Shown here in pieces: positions 38,965 to 48,371 of a DNA stretch of 64,000 nt. Position numbers and translations under genes: made by a program. This DNA is from Bacteriovoracaceae bacterium (GTDB taxonomy: Bacteria; Bdellovibrionota; Bacteriovoracia; Bacteriovoracales; Bacteriovoracaceae). Where the stretch lies: positions 256,001-320,000 of the forward strand of contig JBLWTJ010000002.1 in the NCBI GenBank assembly GCA_048270185.1, written 5' to 3'. The notes beneath the pieces are model-generated. The model ran no database searches. It worked only from the letters and a program-made list of their open reading frames with translations, and was not told the DNA's origin. Position 1 is the first letter of the stretch. Each line of letters starts with the position of its first letter.

Positions 38965-39199
38965 ATATATAAAAAATATACGCAAAACATGGTAATTCTA
39001 GCCTATTTCCGCTATCAAATGATAACAAATCGACATAATTTCAAGTCGCGCATCGTAACTTCAGCGAGTTACAAAGGCAAAGCCCTGCAACTATCAAACC
39101 AGCCACGTCTCCGACGAAACTTTATCGACATTTCTAAGATAATTAATGAACAAAATCAGGAAGTTAAGATTATATGAAGTTAGCTTGAATAAGCTATTG

Positions 39200-39228
39200 A
39201 AATAAAAAAGCCTCCAAATCGGAGGCCT
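39200..39228 (-). terminator. intrinsic terminator of the nuclease gene (copy 2 of the near-direct repeat)
   Basis: GCCTCC-GATTT-GGAGGC followed by TTTTTT on the minus strand. Confidence 0.8.
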
Positions 39229-39236
39229 ATATGAAA

Positions 39237-40808
39237 TTAATCGTTATCGTATTGATTTGAACAATTCATGTAGATTGGAAGGTGATCACTGATGATCTCT
39301 TTTAGATAGCTGTAGTAAGTCTTATCAAAAAGTTGTGTGTCGATGACACGGTCATAGAATTCTTTCTTGCTCTCTTCGATATCAAAGCGAGGAACTAGCT
39401 TTCCAGATTTAACTGTTAGCTTATTCTTGATTGAGTGAACGTAGTTATCAACAAGAACGTCGATCTTCTCTTTTCCACCAGACTTAAGGCGGTACATATC
39501 TGACTCACGAGTTGTTGAGTAGTACATAGCATTTGAGCGAACAAGGTATTTGCGTTCAATCTTCTTAGCGAAGTCACCTTCGATGAAGTTAAAGATCTTA
39601 GCAGCACCCTCACCTTGGCAATTTGAAGTCTCTTTTGGATCAAATAGAAAGTGATCGTAATTAGACTTAGTTCCGTGAGTAATTGTTCCATCAGAAAGAT
39701 TCTTTCCAACGGCCATTGAAGTTGCACCTTCAATTCTTAGCTCAAGCCCTTTGAAGTCATTAAAGAATGTCTCCCAGTAGTTATTTGAGCTCTCAAGATT
39801 GAAGTCACCTAGGATAATATAATCTTGTTCGTAATAGTTCTTCTTTAGGTATTCAACAAACTCGGCCATTAGTCTTACTTCAGCAAAGCGAGCAAATTTT
39901 AATTGCGTTACACCTGGACCGATATCTTTATAGTCATCGACACCAAAGACATTCTTTAGGATCTTCTTTTGAAGGTCTTCATCTGATGGTGTGTTATGGA
40001 TAACGTGAGTTGATAGAAGAGTGAAATCAAATTCACCTGATTCAAAAGTTGAAAGAAATGGCCTTCTTGAGAATAAGCCTTCAACATCACGGCCAAAAGT
40101 CTTCTCGTCGAGAACAGGAAGACAACCAAAGCGTCCTTCTTTTCCATAACGATCACGACAGTATTCAGTAGACTTAATTTTCACTGTACTACTTCTATAG
40201 TAGTAACCAGTTAATTCCTTAACAGTTGCATTCTCACTTCCCTCTTCTTTTCCAGAAAGAAGTAGTGACCAAGTTGGATCGAGTTTTTGTAATTCTTTTA
40301 AAAGAAGGATGTATCCAGGGAAATCGTATTGTTCACGAATTAGAGCAAGTTCATTACTTGTTGTCTTTTCATTCTCATCAATTTCTTGCGCTTGAAGTTC
40401 AGCAAGACGATTTGTGTAATACTCAACGATGGCGTCGTTGTGTCTCTTTGTCATTCCATTATTTGAAGTCAGCTCAACGGCAGCAATGACATCCCAATCG
40501 TTCATGATCTCGGCCACAAGGCGGTGATCTTTATATTCAGTTTGAGTTGCCCCCGGCTTAAATAAGTTAAAGGCCCCAATTCTTACTTGCTTTGATTTCT
40601 TCTTAACGGCTTCACGCTCGTAATTACCGACGTGCTTTGAAAAGATTTGATATTCATTTCGACATTCAATATCACCGACACTACCGGCCAGAAAAACCTT
40701 TAGGCGACGGCATGTTTCAATTTCAGATTCTGAAGCATCAATAGATGCAAAGACAAAATTAGGAATTAAAAAAGTAGTTAAAACTAATACCCTAAATAAG
40801 TTTCTCAT
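39237..40808 (-). CDS. secreted endonuclease/exonuclease/phosphatase (DNase I-like) protein
   Basis: IGAFNL, DVIAAVE, FSRRPF, TLLSTH, ILGDFN, YDHF, ISDHLPI; signal peptide from ATG 40808. Confidence 0.88.
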   Translation of the reverse strand: MRNLFRVLVLTTFLIPNFVFASIDASESEIETCRRLKVFLAGSVGDIECRNEYQIFSKHVGNYEREAVKKKSKQVRIGAFNLFKPGATQTEYKDHRLVAEIMNDWDVIAAVELTSNNGMTKRHNDAIVEYYTNRLAELQAQEIDENEKTTSNELALIREQYDFPGYILLLKELQKLDPTWSLLLSGKEEGSENATVKELTGYYYRSSTVKIKSTEYCRDRYGKEGRFGCLPVLDEKTFGRDVEGLFSRRPFLSTFESGEFDFTLLSTHVIHNTPSDEDLQKKILKNVFGVDDYKDIGPGVTQLKFARFAEVRLMAEFVEYLKKNYYEQDYIILGDFNLESSNNYWETFFNDFKGLELRIEGATSMAVGKNLSDGTITHGTKSNYDHFLFDPKETSNCQGEGAAKIFNFIEGDFAKKIERKYLVRSNAMYYSTTRESDMYRLKSGGKEKIDVLVDNYVHSIKNKLTVKSGKLVPRFDIEESKKEFYDRVIDTQLFDKTYYSYLKEIISDHLPIYMNCSNQYDND

Positions 40809-40826
40809 AATACTCTCCCCCGAGCG

Positions 40827-40844
40827 AGCTAGCATTGTACCCAA
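40827..40844 (-). promoter_or_regulatory. possible sigma54 -24/-12 promoter
   Basis: tgGGTACAATGCTAGCt keeps GG-N10-GC but has non-consensus flanks. Confidence 0.35.
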
Positions 40845-40937
40845 GACAAAATCTTAATTCAAGAGAAGTACGCACTTGTAAACTACCAGAATTATGGCTT
40901 TTTCACGAAAACCTAGGCCTGACACAAGGCGCATAAC

Positions 40938-40965
40938 TAAATATTTGAGCAAAAAGTACCGATAT
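40938..40965 (+). promoter_or_regulatory. putative sigma28 promoter
   Basis: TAAA-N16-ACCGATAT upstream of SD GAGG and ATG 40997. Confidence 0.6.
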
Positions 40966-40996
40966 AGAGCATGAAATAAATTAGACGAGGGATTCT

Positions 40997-41941
40997 ATGA
41001 AATTGAGTGCTAAGATTTGCGTATTGATGCTTACATGCCAAATGAGTTTTGGTTCAGTCTTTAGTGTTATTAAGTCTGCTGGGCGAAGCCTGAATGACCT
41101 TCTTATTAAGAGTGGGGTTATTGATGCTGAAGTAAGAAATGTTGTTGTGCGAAACCTTGATCTTGCGATGAAGGATTTATCACCAACAGGACTTAAAGAG
41201 GACTTCACATTAGAAGGACTTGGCAAGCTAATCAAAGATGCAAAGGATAAGGCCAAGTTTAGAAAAGTATCTCAAACTTTTACAAAAGATGCGCCAGGTG
41301 GCCAAGAGCTAAAAGAGGCCATCAATGACTTCGTTTACTTATCACAACGATATGGCCTTAAAAAGAATGCTATTCTTTCATGTGCACCATGTGTGAATAA
41401 GAATCTAGCGGATAATGGTTTTAATTTTGTTCTCTCTGAGATGAAAGATGATATCTCCCAAAGAATTTTCAATGTTATGTCTCGCTACAACTCGCCAGAG
41501 AAAATGCAAAGACAGCTTAATATTACAATTAAGAAACAGAATTGGTCTTCAAGAGTTCCAAGCCTAAGTGCAACTGATGAAGAAGCACTACTCTACTTCT
41601 TAACAGCTGAAACAATTGGTTCATCTTCACAGAAGGAATTAATCTCTGCTATTAAGGAAGTTTCAGTCTCAGGTGGTAAGGTTGATTTATTCAGTAATTT
41701 CAATGGTCATAAATTCTACTCATTCCTATCGAGTGGGTTTAGTGATGCTGAAATGAGTGAGTTAACAAGAATTCTTAAAGAGACAGCTTCAGAGATGAAG
41801 GAGAATAAGAAAGGTACAATGGATGCTTTCTATGATGTTCTTCAAAAAGAAGCTGATGAAGCAAGAACACCAGCTGCTCGTCAAAAGAAGCTGGCATTAC
41901 TTGAATATCTAAAAGATGGTAATAACTGTTTTAAAAAATAA
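40997..41941 (+). CDS. secreted hypothetical protein
   Basis: 314 aa, signal peptide, mostly helical, CAPC motif; no family recognised. Confidence 0.75.
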   Translation: MKLSAKICVLMLTCQMSFGSVFSVIKSAGRSLNDLLIKSGVIDAEVRNVVVRNLDLAMKDLSPTGLKEDFTLEGLGKLIKDAKDKAKFRKVSQTFTKDAPGGQELKEAINDFVYLSQRYGLKKNAILSCAPCVNKNLADNGFNFVLSEMKDDISQRIFNVMSRYNSPEKMQRQLNITIKKQNWSSRVPSLSATDEEALLYFLTAETIGSSSQKELISAIKEVSVSGGKVDLFSNFNGHKFYSFLSSGFSDAEMSELTRILKETASEMKENKKGTMDAFYDVLQKEADEARTPAARQKKLALLEYLKDGNNCFKK

Positions 41942-41947
41942 TTTTCA

Positions 41948-44900
41948 TTAAAAGATTTCAATGCTTCCTAGCGCTCCATTATCACTTACTTGTAGGATTT
42001 TGAGAGCGTTTAGGTAGTGTTGTAAACTTCCAATATTTTCTTCTTCAATTGTTTCTTTCATAACTTTGTAAGCTAGTCCTTCAAACTCAGGCGCTTTAAA
42101 AAGCGATTTTACATCAGCACTTGCCCATAGGTACTTTGCAAATGCGTGCTCAGTTTCACCATTTGGAGCATACAGAAGCTGAGTTACTTTGGCCTTAAGA
42201 GCCTCCTCACCTGCCGCGGCTGCTTCGCTTAGGTCGATATTGTTATTCTTCATAAAGTTTCTAACGGCACGATCTGAGTCAAGGTTAGCTGTTACACTAT
42301 CAACGATTTGCTTCTTAACTTTTACGAGCATTGCCTGTGCTTCTTTTGCTTCTGCTTGTGGCATTTTAGTCATGGCCTTTGAAAGTGAAACATCAAGTCC
42401 CTTATAAAGATCACCAACAGTTTCTGCCATTAGAACTCTCTTAAGTCCTAGAGCTTCACGAGCTGATTTTCTTGCGACTTCTGAGATCAGTCTTGCACGT
42501 GAAGTGAAGATCTTCTTGATTAACACACCCTCACCAATTTCAGAAAGAACAGGTAGTCTTCTTCCAAAGAATCCACCAGTGTGTGGCATTCCCTGAAGTA
42601 GCATAAATGGCATATCTCTCTTTCTAAGTGGAATCTTAACGAAGATTTCAGTTAGATCATCAGCATTCTTAGCAATAAAGTCAGCTAGCTCTGCTTCAGG
42701 AAGTCTTTGTAGTTGATCATAGATCTTTAAGAACTTCGCTCTATTCTTAGCAAGGTTTGCTGTATTTTCAGACCATGCACGAACAATCCAATTTGTTCCT
42801 TTCATATAACGACCTTGAGATGCTTTCATCATTCTAAGTCTTGCACGTGCTGCTTCTGAAGACTTTCTAAACCAACCAGAGTTTAGTCTCTTCACATAGC
42901 TTCCCATGTAATTTCTAAGTTGTAGTGGACTTCCGTTGAAAAGCTTCGCAACAGTTTGCCCAAGAGCATCATCTACATTCTTATAAGTTAAGTTAACAGC
43001 AACATCAGATGTATAACGGTAGATACCACCATTCGCTTTTGTTAAAGCTGTTTCAATCTTCTTAACGATATCTTTCAGTGCCATATCATATGTTGATTTC
43101 GTAAGCTTTCCAGCTCTGTAGTTCGCTTCAATCTTATCTAATTTCTTAAGTGTACTTTCAACAAAGTCATCACCTAGATCAAGATTCTTAAGACTTGTAG
43201 CAATATCATCAATTGACTTAGAAGATACTAAGTTCTTGAATACGTCTTTATACTTTTTAAGGCCAAGTACAAGCTTTGCAAATTCAACTTCAGATTCATT
43301 TACGATTACTGAAGCGCTCTTTCCTGATTGCTTAAGAGCTTCTTTGATACCAAGCTTGGCACGATTCTTTACGATTGCCTTTAGAGATTCTTTAAAGATT
43401 TTTGATCCAACAGAAATACTTCGAGTTAGAATTGAGATCATTGATAGAGTTCCAATAACTTCAAATGCTACTGCCATCCAACCACGAGCAACATTCTCTG
43501 TTGCATTAGAATCTGTGAATCCAAGGTCGGCCATTTGACCAACATACTCTTCACTATCATCGGCACGAAATTTTACTTTTGTTTCAAGTCTAATCGCATT
43601 TGCCTGCATACCAAAACCGATTGCACCAGCTCCAGCGATTGCTAGGCCACATAGACCCCCCGTTAGGATTGTACAAGAACCTGCGGCAAGAACAGCTCCC
43701 ATTCCTAGTAGAAATCCGAAGATACCATTATACATTGCCCATTTCTCGTCACTTGACCAATCACCCATACGATCCATTAATTCTTGTGGAACCGCAGGGA
43801 TACCAAGAAGTTGGTTAAGTTGATCTTGAACCTTAACAGTTGCAAAGAAATTTTCCTTCAGACTATCAATATCATTTTCATCGATCTGACAGAAAGCATT
43901 CAGCTTTGCATATGTTTCTTTCTGACGCTTTTGCGCTGACTTCTTTAGGATTTCCATATAGACAGGGGCCTTAAGATCAGCATTGAGCTTCATAAAATTA
44001 TGTACTAATTCATAGTCGTCAAAGATATCAATATTACTTGGACGTGATTCAAAGATTGCTTGTCTTTCTTTGTGAGACTTTGCTGCAAGGATCTCTTTGT
44101 AGAAGGCGATTTTTTCAACATCTTCTTCTTGGAGACGCTTATCAAGCTTCTGCTCTGTTTCCCACATTAGACGATCTTGAATAAGATCTGAAGCTGCACT
44201 TTCAATTTGATTGCGATCAATTGTTACTTTAGAAGCAAGCTCATCAACCATTTGAAATGCTTTCTTTCCTGTTCTTAGTTTTGCAGTAAAGATCTGAGTC
44301 GTATCTTTGTTGTACTTGTCATAAATATTATTCCAAAGAGCAACATACTCATCTTTTTTCATATAACGAGTTAAGAAGTCAGGCTCGATTGGACGATCAA
44401 CCATTAATTCTTCTGCTGCTTCATCTAGGCGCTCAATATAATTAGTCATGCTATTATTGAAACAAGTGTAGCTATAATCAACTCTCATTCCACGAGCAGT
44501 CTTCTTCATCTTCTTAACTTGACCGTTTTTAATGCTTGTTAGTTCTTCTCTCGCAATTAGGTATCCCAGTCTTACCTTAGCAAGAGGATTAAGTGCTTGC
44601 ATCTGACCAAGAAGGTAGTCATATTCATTTGTAATTAGCTCAGGGAAAACCTTTGCGTTATCTCTTAGGAAGTAAAATACAGAAGCTAGAATTAAGTAGT
44701 TTTGAGCTACTTCTCTAGTATTTAATCTTGATACAGGAAGATACTTTCCATCTAGCTTTAGAGTATCGATATAGTTTGAGACACGATCAAGAAAGCTTTT
44801 ATTACGACTAACGCCAGAACAGATGCTTCCTACTCTGTGGTTACAATAAGAAATAAGCATATTATTATTCTTTGAACCTGGAGCATATTCTTTATCATCT

Positions 44901-46567
44901 TTTAATTCAATAATTTTTTCTTGAAGTGCATTGATTGCCCAATTTCTAAATGCTTCTTGCGAGTTTAAAGATGGGAATGCTACTTTAATCTTATTTGCTT
45001 GAAGTTTGTTCTTAAGCTCAGAACTGATAATATCTTCAAGTTTTTCTGTACGTGCACTTGCAAGCTTAGAAGCGATATAAGGTGAAGCATTCATCGCTGC
45101 TGGATAAATATCTTCTTCGTACTTCTCACCCATCTCAAAAATATCAACTTTAATAGTCTTATTTTCTGGAACCGATCCAATGATATCGCTAATTAGAGTA
45201 AAGTCTTTTCTCGTTACTTTCTTCTTACCACGTGCACGGCCACCTTTAGAGTAGTAAACATCATCACGGTAAAGTTGCATAACTTGACCCATCTTCATAT
45301 CAATATACTTCTGATAAGCTTCTACTTCATCAAAACCAGCTCTTAATAGACGACTTGGGTAATTCTTTGCTTCCTTCCCGCTTTCTGATCTTAGGAAATT
45401 CTCAACAGAAGTTGAAGCAATCATTGTATCAGATAGAGGGTTAATTTCTTGTGCTTCTCTTACCGACATAAGCTCCAGATTAGCTTCATCATAAGATAGC
45501 CCCATATTCTTCATTAGATTCTCTAAGTAAGCTTCAGATAGTGATGGATCAACCTTAAGTTTTAACATCTCTGGCCATGAACCATTTTGACGAGTACGAC
45601 ATGAACGAGGGATAACAACTGGACTATCAAGTGAATCAATCATGACATCATAGTTCTTAATTTGTGATGCCATCATCTGAATCGTAAGAAGTCTTAAAGC
45701 GTATAGATAGTTCTTCCCACTTGGCGATTCATTGATTGTTACGATATCTCTTTTTGCATTATAGAAAGAGTTAAGCTTTACAATGGCAAAGTCACCTTCA
45801 AATTCAACCTTAAAAAAGATCTTATCTGTAACTTCACCGTGAACAAGAATATTGTATAATTCAGTTTCTTCTTCTAGGAAGTTAGTTGAAAGACGTGGAA
45901 TAATTTGATCAATTTGAATTTGAGAAGTATTAATAAATGGCTTAAGAATTACCTTTATATCATGAAGACCTTTAATAATTGAATCATTGTAAGCAAGAAG
46001 AAGTTGCTCTTTATCTTCATATGACTCATTTGAATTATTGATGATATTTTCGATGTGAGTTTTAAGCTTCTTTGCACGATTGAAATATGAAACTGCTTTT
46101 GAGTAGTCAAATTTCATGCGTTCAGTGATTTCAACATCAACGCTCTCATCTAATTCAATCTTTGCAATTTCTTCCGAAAGACCAGTAAAGAGACTATCCC
46201 CTCTCTTTTCAATCGCTGCTGGCTCTTTTTTAGCGACTGGATCTTCATTATAATCTTTAGTACGACATGAGTTCTTCTTAAGTTCACCAAGAAAAGTCAT
46301 AAACTCAGTTTCACTACTTGCTTCACCTGCGCTTTGAGAAGCTGCTTGCTGCTTAAACATTTCTGCAAATTGATTCATTTGATCATCAGAAAGTTTATTT
46401 GAAACATTTCCTCTTAGGCTCTTCTTAAGAAATGCCAATTCTCTTAGGACTTCAGAGATCTCTGGCTGGCTTGCAATAATACGAGAATTCTCAAGTGTTT
46501 GAGCAAAGGCCATCTGAAATGAGCACATGAATACAATAAATAGAGTAGCAAGTTTTGATATCTTCAT
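41948..46567 (-). CDS. large secreted hypothetical protein with internal Gly/Ala-rich hydrophobic hairpin
   Basis: 1539 aa, signal peptide (AFA-Q); hydrophobic block GIFGFLLGMGAVLAAG...GLAIAGAGAIGFG near residue 950-990. Confidence 0.85.
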   Translation of the reverse strand: MKISKLATLFIVFMCSFQMAFAQTLENSRIIASQPEISEVLRELAFLKKSLRGNVSNKLSDDQMNQFAEMFKQQAASQSAGEASSETEFMTFLGELKKNSCRTKDYNEDPVAKKEPAAIEKRGDSLFTGLSEEIAKIELDESVDVEITERMKFDYSKAVSYFNRAKKLKTHIENIINNSNESYEDKEQLLLAYNDSIIKGLHDIKVILKPFINTSQIQIDQIIPRLSTNFLEEETELYNILVHGEVTDKIFFKVEFEGDFAIVKLNSFYNAKRDIVTINESPSGKNYLYALRLLTIQMMASQIKNYDVMIDSLDSPVVIPRSCRTRQNGSWPEMLKLKVDPSLSEAYLENLMKNMGLSYDEANLELMSVREAQEINPLSDTMIASTSVENFLRSESGKEAKNYPSRLLRAGFDEVEAYQKYIDMKMGQVMQLYRDDVYYSKGGRARGKKKVTRKDFTLISDIIGSVPENKTIKVDIFEMGEKYEEDIYPAAMNASPYIASKLASARTEKLEDIISSELKNKLQANKIKVAFPSLNSQEAFRNWAINALQEKIIELKDDKEYAPGSKNNNMLISYCNHRVGSICSGVSRNKSFLDRVSNYIDTLKLDGKYLPVSRLNTREVAQNYLILASVFYFLRDNAKVFPELITNEYDYLLGQMQALNPLAKVRLGYLIAREELTSIKNGQVKKMKKTARGMRVDYSYTCFNNSMTNYIERLDEAAEELMVDRPIEPDFLTRYMKKDEYVALWNNIYDKYNKDTTQIFTAKLRTGKKAFQMVDELASKVTIDRNQIESAASDLIQDRLMWETEQKLDKRLQEEDVEKIAFYKEILAAKSHKERQAIFESRPSNIDIFDDYELVHNFMKLNADLKAPVYMEILKKSAQKRQKETYAKLNAFCQIDENDIDSLKENFFATVKVQDQLNQLLGIPAVPQELMDRMGDWSSDEKWAMYNGIFGFLLGMGAVLAAGSCTILTGGLCGLAIAGAGAIGFGMQANAIRLETKVKFRADDSEEYVGQMADLGFTDSNATENVARGWMAVAFEVIGTLSMISILTRSISVGSKIFKESLKAIVKNRAKLGIKEALKQSGKSASVIVNESEVEFAKLVLGLKKYKDVFKNLVSSKSIDDIATSLKNLDLGDDFVESTLKKLDKIEANYRAGKLTKSTYDMALKDIVKKIETALTKANGGIYRYTSDVAVNLTYKNVDDALGQTVAKLFNGSPLQLRNYMGSYVKRLNSGWFRKSSEAARARLRMMKASQGRYMKGTNWIVRAWSENTANLAKNRAKFLKIYDQLQRLPEAELADFIAKNADDLTEIFVKIPLRKRDMPFMLLQGMPHTGGFFGRRLPVLSEIGEGVLIKKIFTSRARLISEVARKSAREALGLKRVLMAETVGDLYKGLDVSLSKAMTKMPQAEAKEAQAMLVKVKKQIVDSVTANLDSDRAVRNFMKNNNIDLSEAAAAGEEALKAKVTQLLYAPNGETEHAFAKYLWASADVKSLFKAPEFEGLAYKVMKETIEEENIGSLQHYLNALKILQVSDNGALGSIEIF

Positions 46568-46578
46568 GCCCTATAAGA

Positions 46579-46595
46579 TGCAATCAAGATGCCAA
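46579..46595 (-). promoter_or_regulatory. sigma54 -24/-12 promoter
   Basis: TTGGCATCTTGATTGCA, with GG-N10-GC and near-consensus flanks. Confidence 0.75.
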
Positions 46596-46695
46596 GTATG
46601 TATCAGATAAAGCCTGTAAATACAGTATGTTACATTTTTACAGGGTGTTTAAACTATGAACAGTGTCAGCTGAATACGCGCCTTTATGCTAGCTG

Positions 46696-47817
46696 CTAGA
46701 TGGCCTCATTTAAGGCAAAGTACATCGTAAATTCCTTCTCGCGCCCATAAGCAATATCTACTCGAGAGTTCAAATTTTGTTTAGGAAGAATCTTGTAGCG
46801 AATCCCAGTACCAATATGAGGGAGAGGATCTGAGCTAAAGAGATCTGACTCAATGATATTGCCAACTCGAGACTCTCCTCCAAAGACAAAACCGATTCCA
46901 GCAAATCCGGCCACACCAAATTTACCATCAGCAATTGATGTAAAGTAATGCTTGTACTCTCCCTCAAAGCGAATCATGTTAGCACCTTCATAAACTTTTC
47001 CCGTATATCCACGTGGCCCTCGAGAGCCATAGTTGTAATTATAATTTGGATTTGTATCACCTAGGTTAAAGCTTGAGTCAAAGAGCCAAGAGAAAAGATG
47101 ATTTGGGTTATTGTTCATGGAGATATACTGCGAGAAAGTCGCTTCAAGTGTTGTGATATTATCATCTCCACCAAAGTTCTCACGGTATAAATTTGTACGA
47201 GTATTTAGATAGAAACCACTTGTTGGAGAGAAAGTATTATCGCGTGTATCGTAGAATAAATTAAATTTTAATCCAGTATTAGTGGCATAACTTTGAGGGT
47301 TTGTATCGGCTTGAAAAATAACCTCATTCCAAACAACTCCCCCACCAATGAAGAGGTCTTTCCAAACACGACGATTAATATTAATAATCACTGCGCGAAT
47401 CTTATTTGAAGTATCTAAGAAACGATCAAGATCTGATTGAAACATTTCACTTAGGATATCACCTTCAATATAACCACCAGTAAGACGCCACTTATCTTCA
47501 CCAAGATGAAGCTTTGTCCCAACGGCTCCCATCGAAGTTCCATTTGTCGTCACTTTTCCAAAGGCACCAAGGATTGAAGGAGGTACAGGTTTTTTACTAT
47601 TCTTATACTTTCCACCATTTGCATCAAAGAGGTACATCCCAATTAGGTTAAGTCCAAACTTTGTACTAGGAACGTAAGAAGGACCTGGAACAATTACAAA
47701 CTGTCCATCTTTAACACCTGAAGAACTTGTGGAAGCCTTTACATCACGTTGCACTTCTTGGGCAAAAGTCATAGAATTGAAAAGGTAAACGAATAAGATA
47801 ACGACGATGTATTTCAT
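46696..47817 (-). CDS. Omp85/BamA-TamA-like beta-barrel without POTRA domains
   Basis: P.PSY.P..FG N-terminus, YDTRDN.FSPT.G, RGY, GTGIRY...RVDIAYG...F.LNEA. Confidence 0.85.
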   Translation of the reverse strand: MKYIVVILFVYLFNSMTFAQEVQRDVKASTSSSGVKDGQFVIVPGPSYVPSTKFGLNLIGMYLFDANGGKYKNSKKPVPPSILGAFGKVTTNGTSMGAVGTKLHLGEDKWRLTGGYIEGDILSEMFQSDLDRFLDTSNKIRAVIININRRVWKDLFIGGGVVWNEVIFQADTNPQSYATNTGLKFNLFYDTRDNTFSPTSGFYLNTRTNLYRENFGGDDNITTLEATFSQYISMNNNPNHLFSWLFDSSFNLGDTNPNYNYNYGSRGPRGYTGKVYEGANMIRFEGEYKHYFTSIADGKFGVAGFAGIGFVFGGESRVGNIIESDLFSSDPLPHIGTGIRYKILPKQNLNSRVDIAYGREKEFTMYFALNEAI

Positions 47818-47828
47818 TTAGGAAGCCT

Positions 47829-48371
47829 ATGTTTAAATATATTTCATTATTTTTAACAATTTCATTTATTTATGCAAATAATAATAGCTTCTATCAGACA
47901 GTATTTCCAGACCTCGCAAAAACTAGACAAGTAAAAGTCGTTGATAAAATTAGTGATAATCCAATTAATACAAGTGTTCAGATCGCCTATAATACAAAAG
48001 GTAAGAAGCTAGGGTTTATTCGTGAAGTTAACACGACAACAGGTTGTGACAGTGCTTGTCTTCCCGTCATCTTCACTCTCTTTTATAATACAAAGTATGA
48101 GTTCATAAAATTAAAATCAAAAGTTGGTCTAACAAAGAAGTTTCATAAACCTATGACTGATGACGATCTCAATCGCCTTCAGTTACTTCTTGGGATTAAT
48201 CCTCAAATCTTTAAATCAGTGAAAGATCCAAAAGAATTAACAGATGCGCTAAGTGGGGCCACGAAGCCAGCCTATGTCGATTCAGTTGTTAAGGATGCTG
48301 CTTATTCGACGCTTAGGATTAACTTATACAACCAGGACACGATAATACAGTTAAAAAACTTGGGGTTATAA
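47829..48371 (+). CDS. secreted hypothetical protein (FMN-binding-like DALSGAT motif)
   Basis: signal peptide; TGC...CLP and DALSGAT. Confidence 0.55.
   Translation: MFKYISLFLTISFIYANNNSFYQTVFPDLAKTRQVKVVDKISDNPINTSVQIAYNTKGKKLGFIREVNTTTGCDSACLPVIFTLFYNTKYEFIKLKSKVGLTKKFHKPMTDDDLNRLQLLLGINPQIFKSVKDPKELTDALSGATKPAYVDSVVKDAAYSTLRINLYNQDTIIQLKNLGL

Noticed and set aside
38989..39177. 62-aa plus-strand ORF in the TA promoter region
   Set aside because: No SD or recognisable motif, and it overlaps the putative operator; cannot be supported
37354..39199. Prophage or IS element
   Set aside because: No integrase, transposase, terminal inverted repeats or phage genes; reported only as a possible islet
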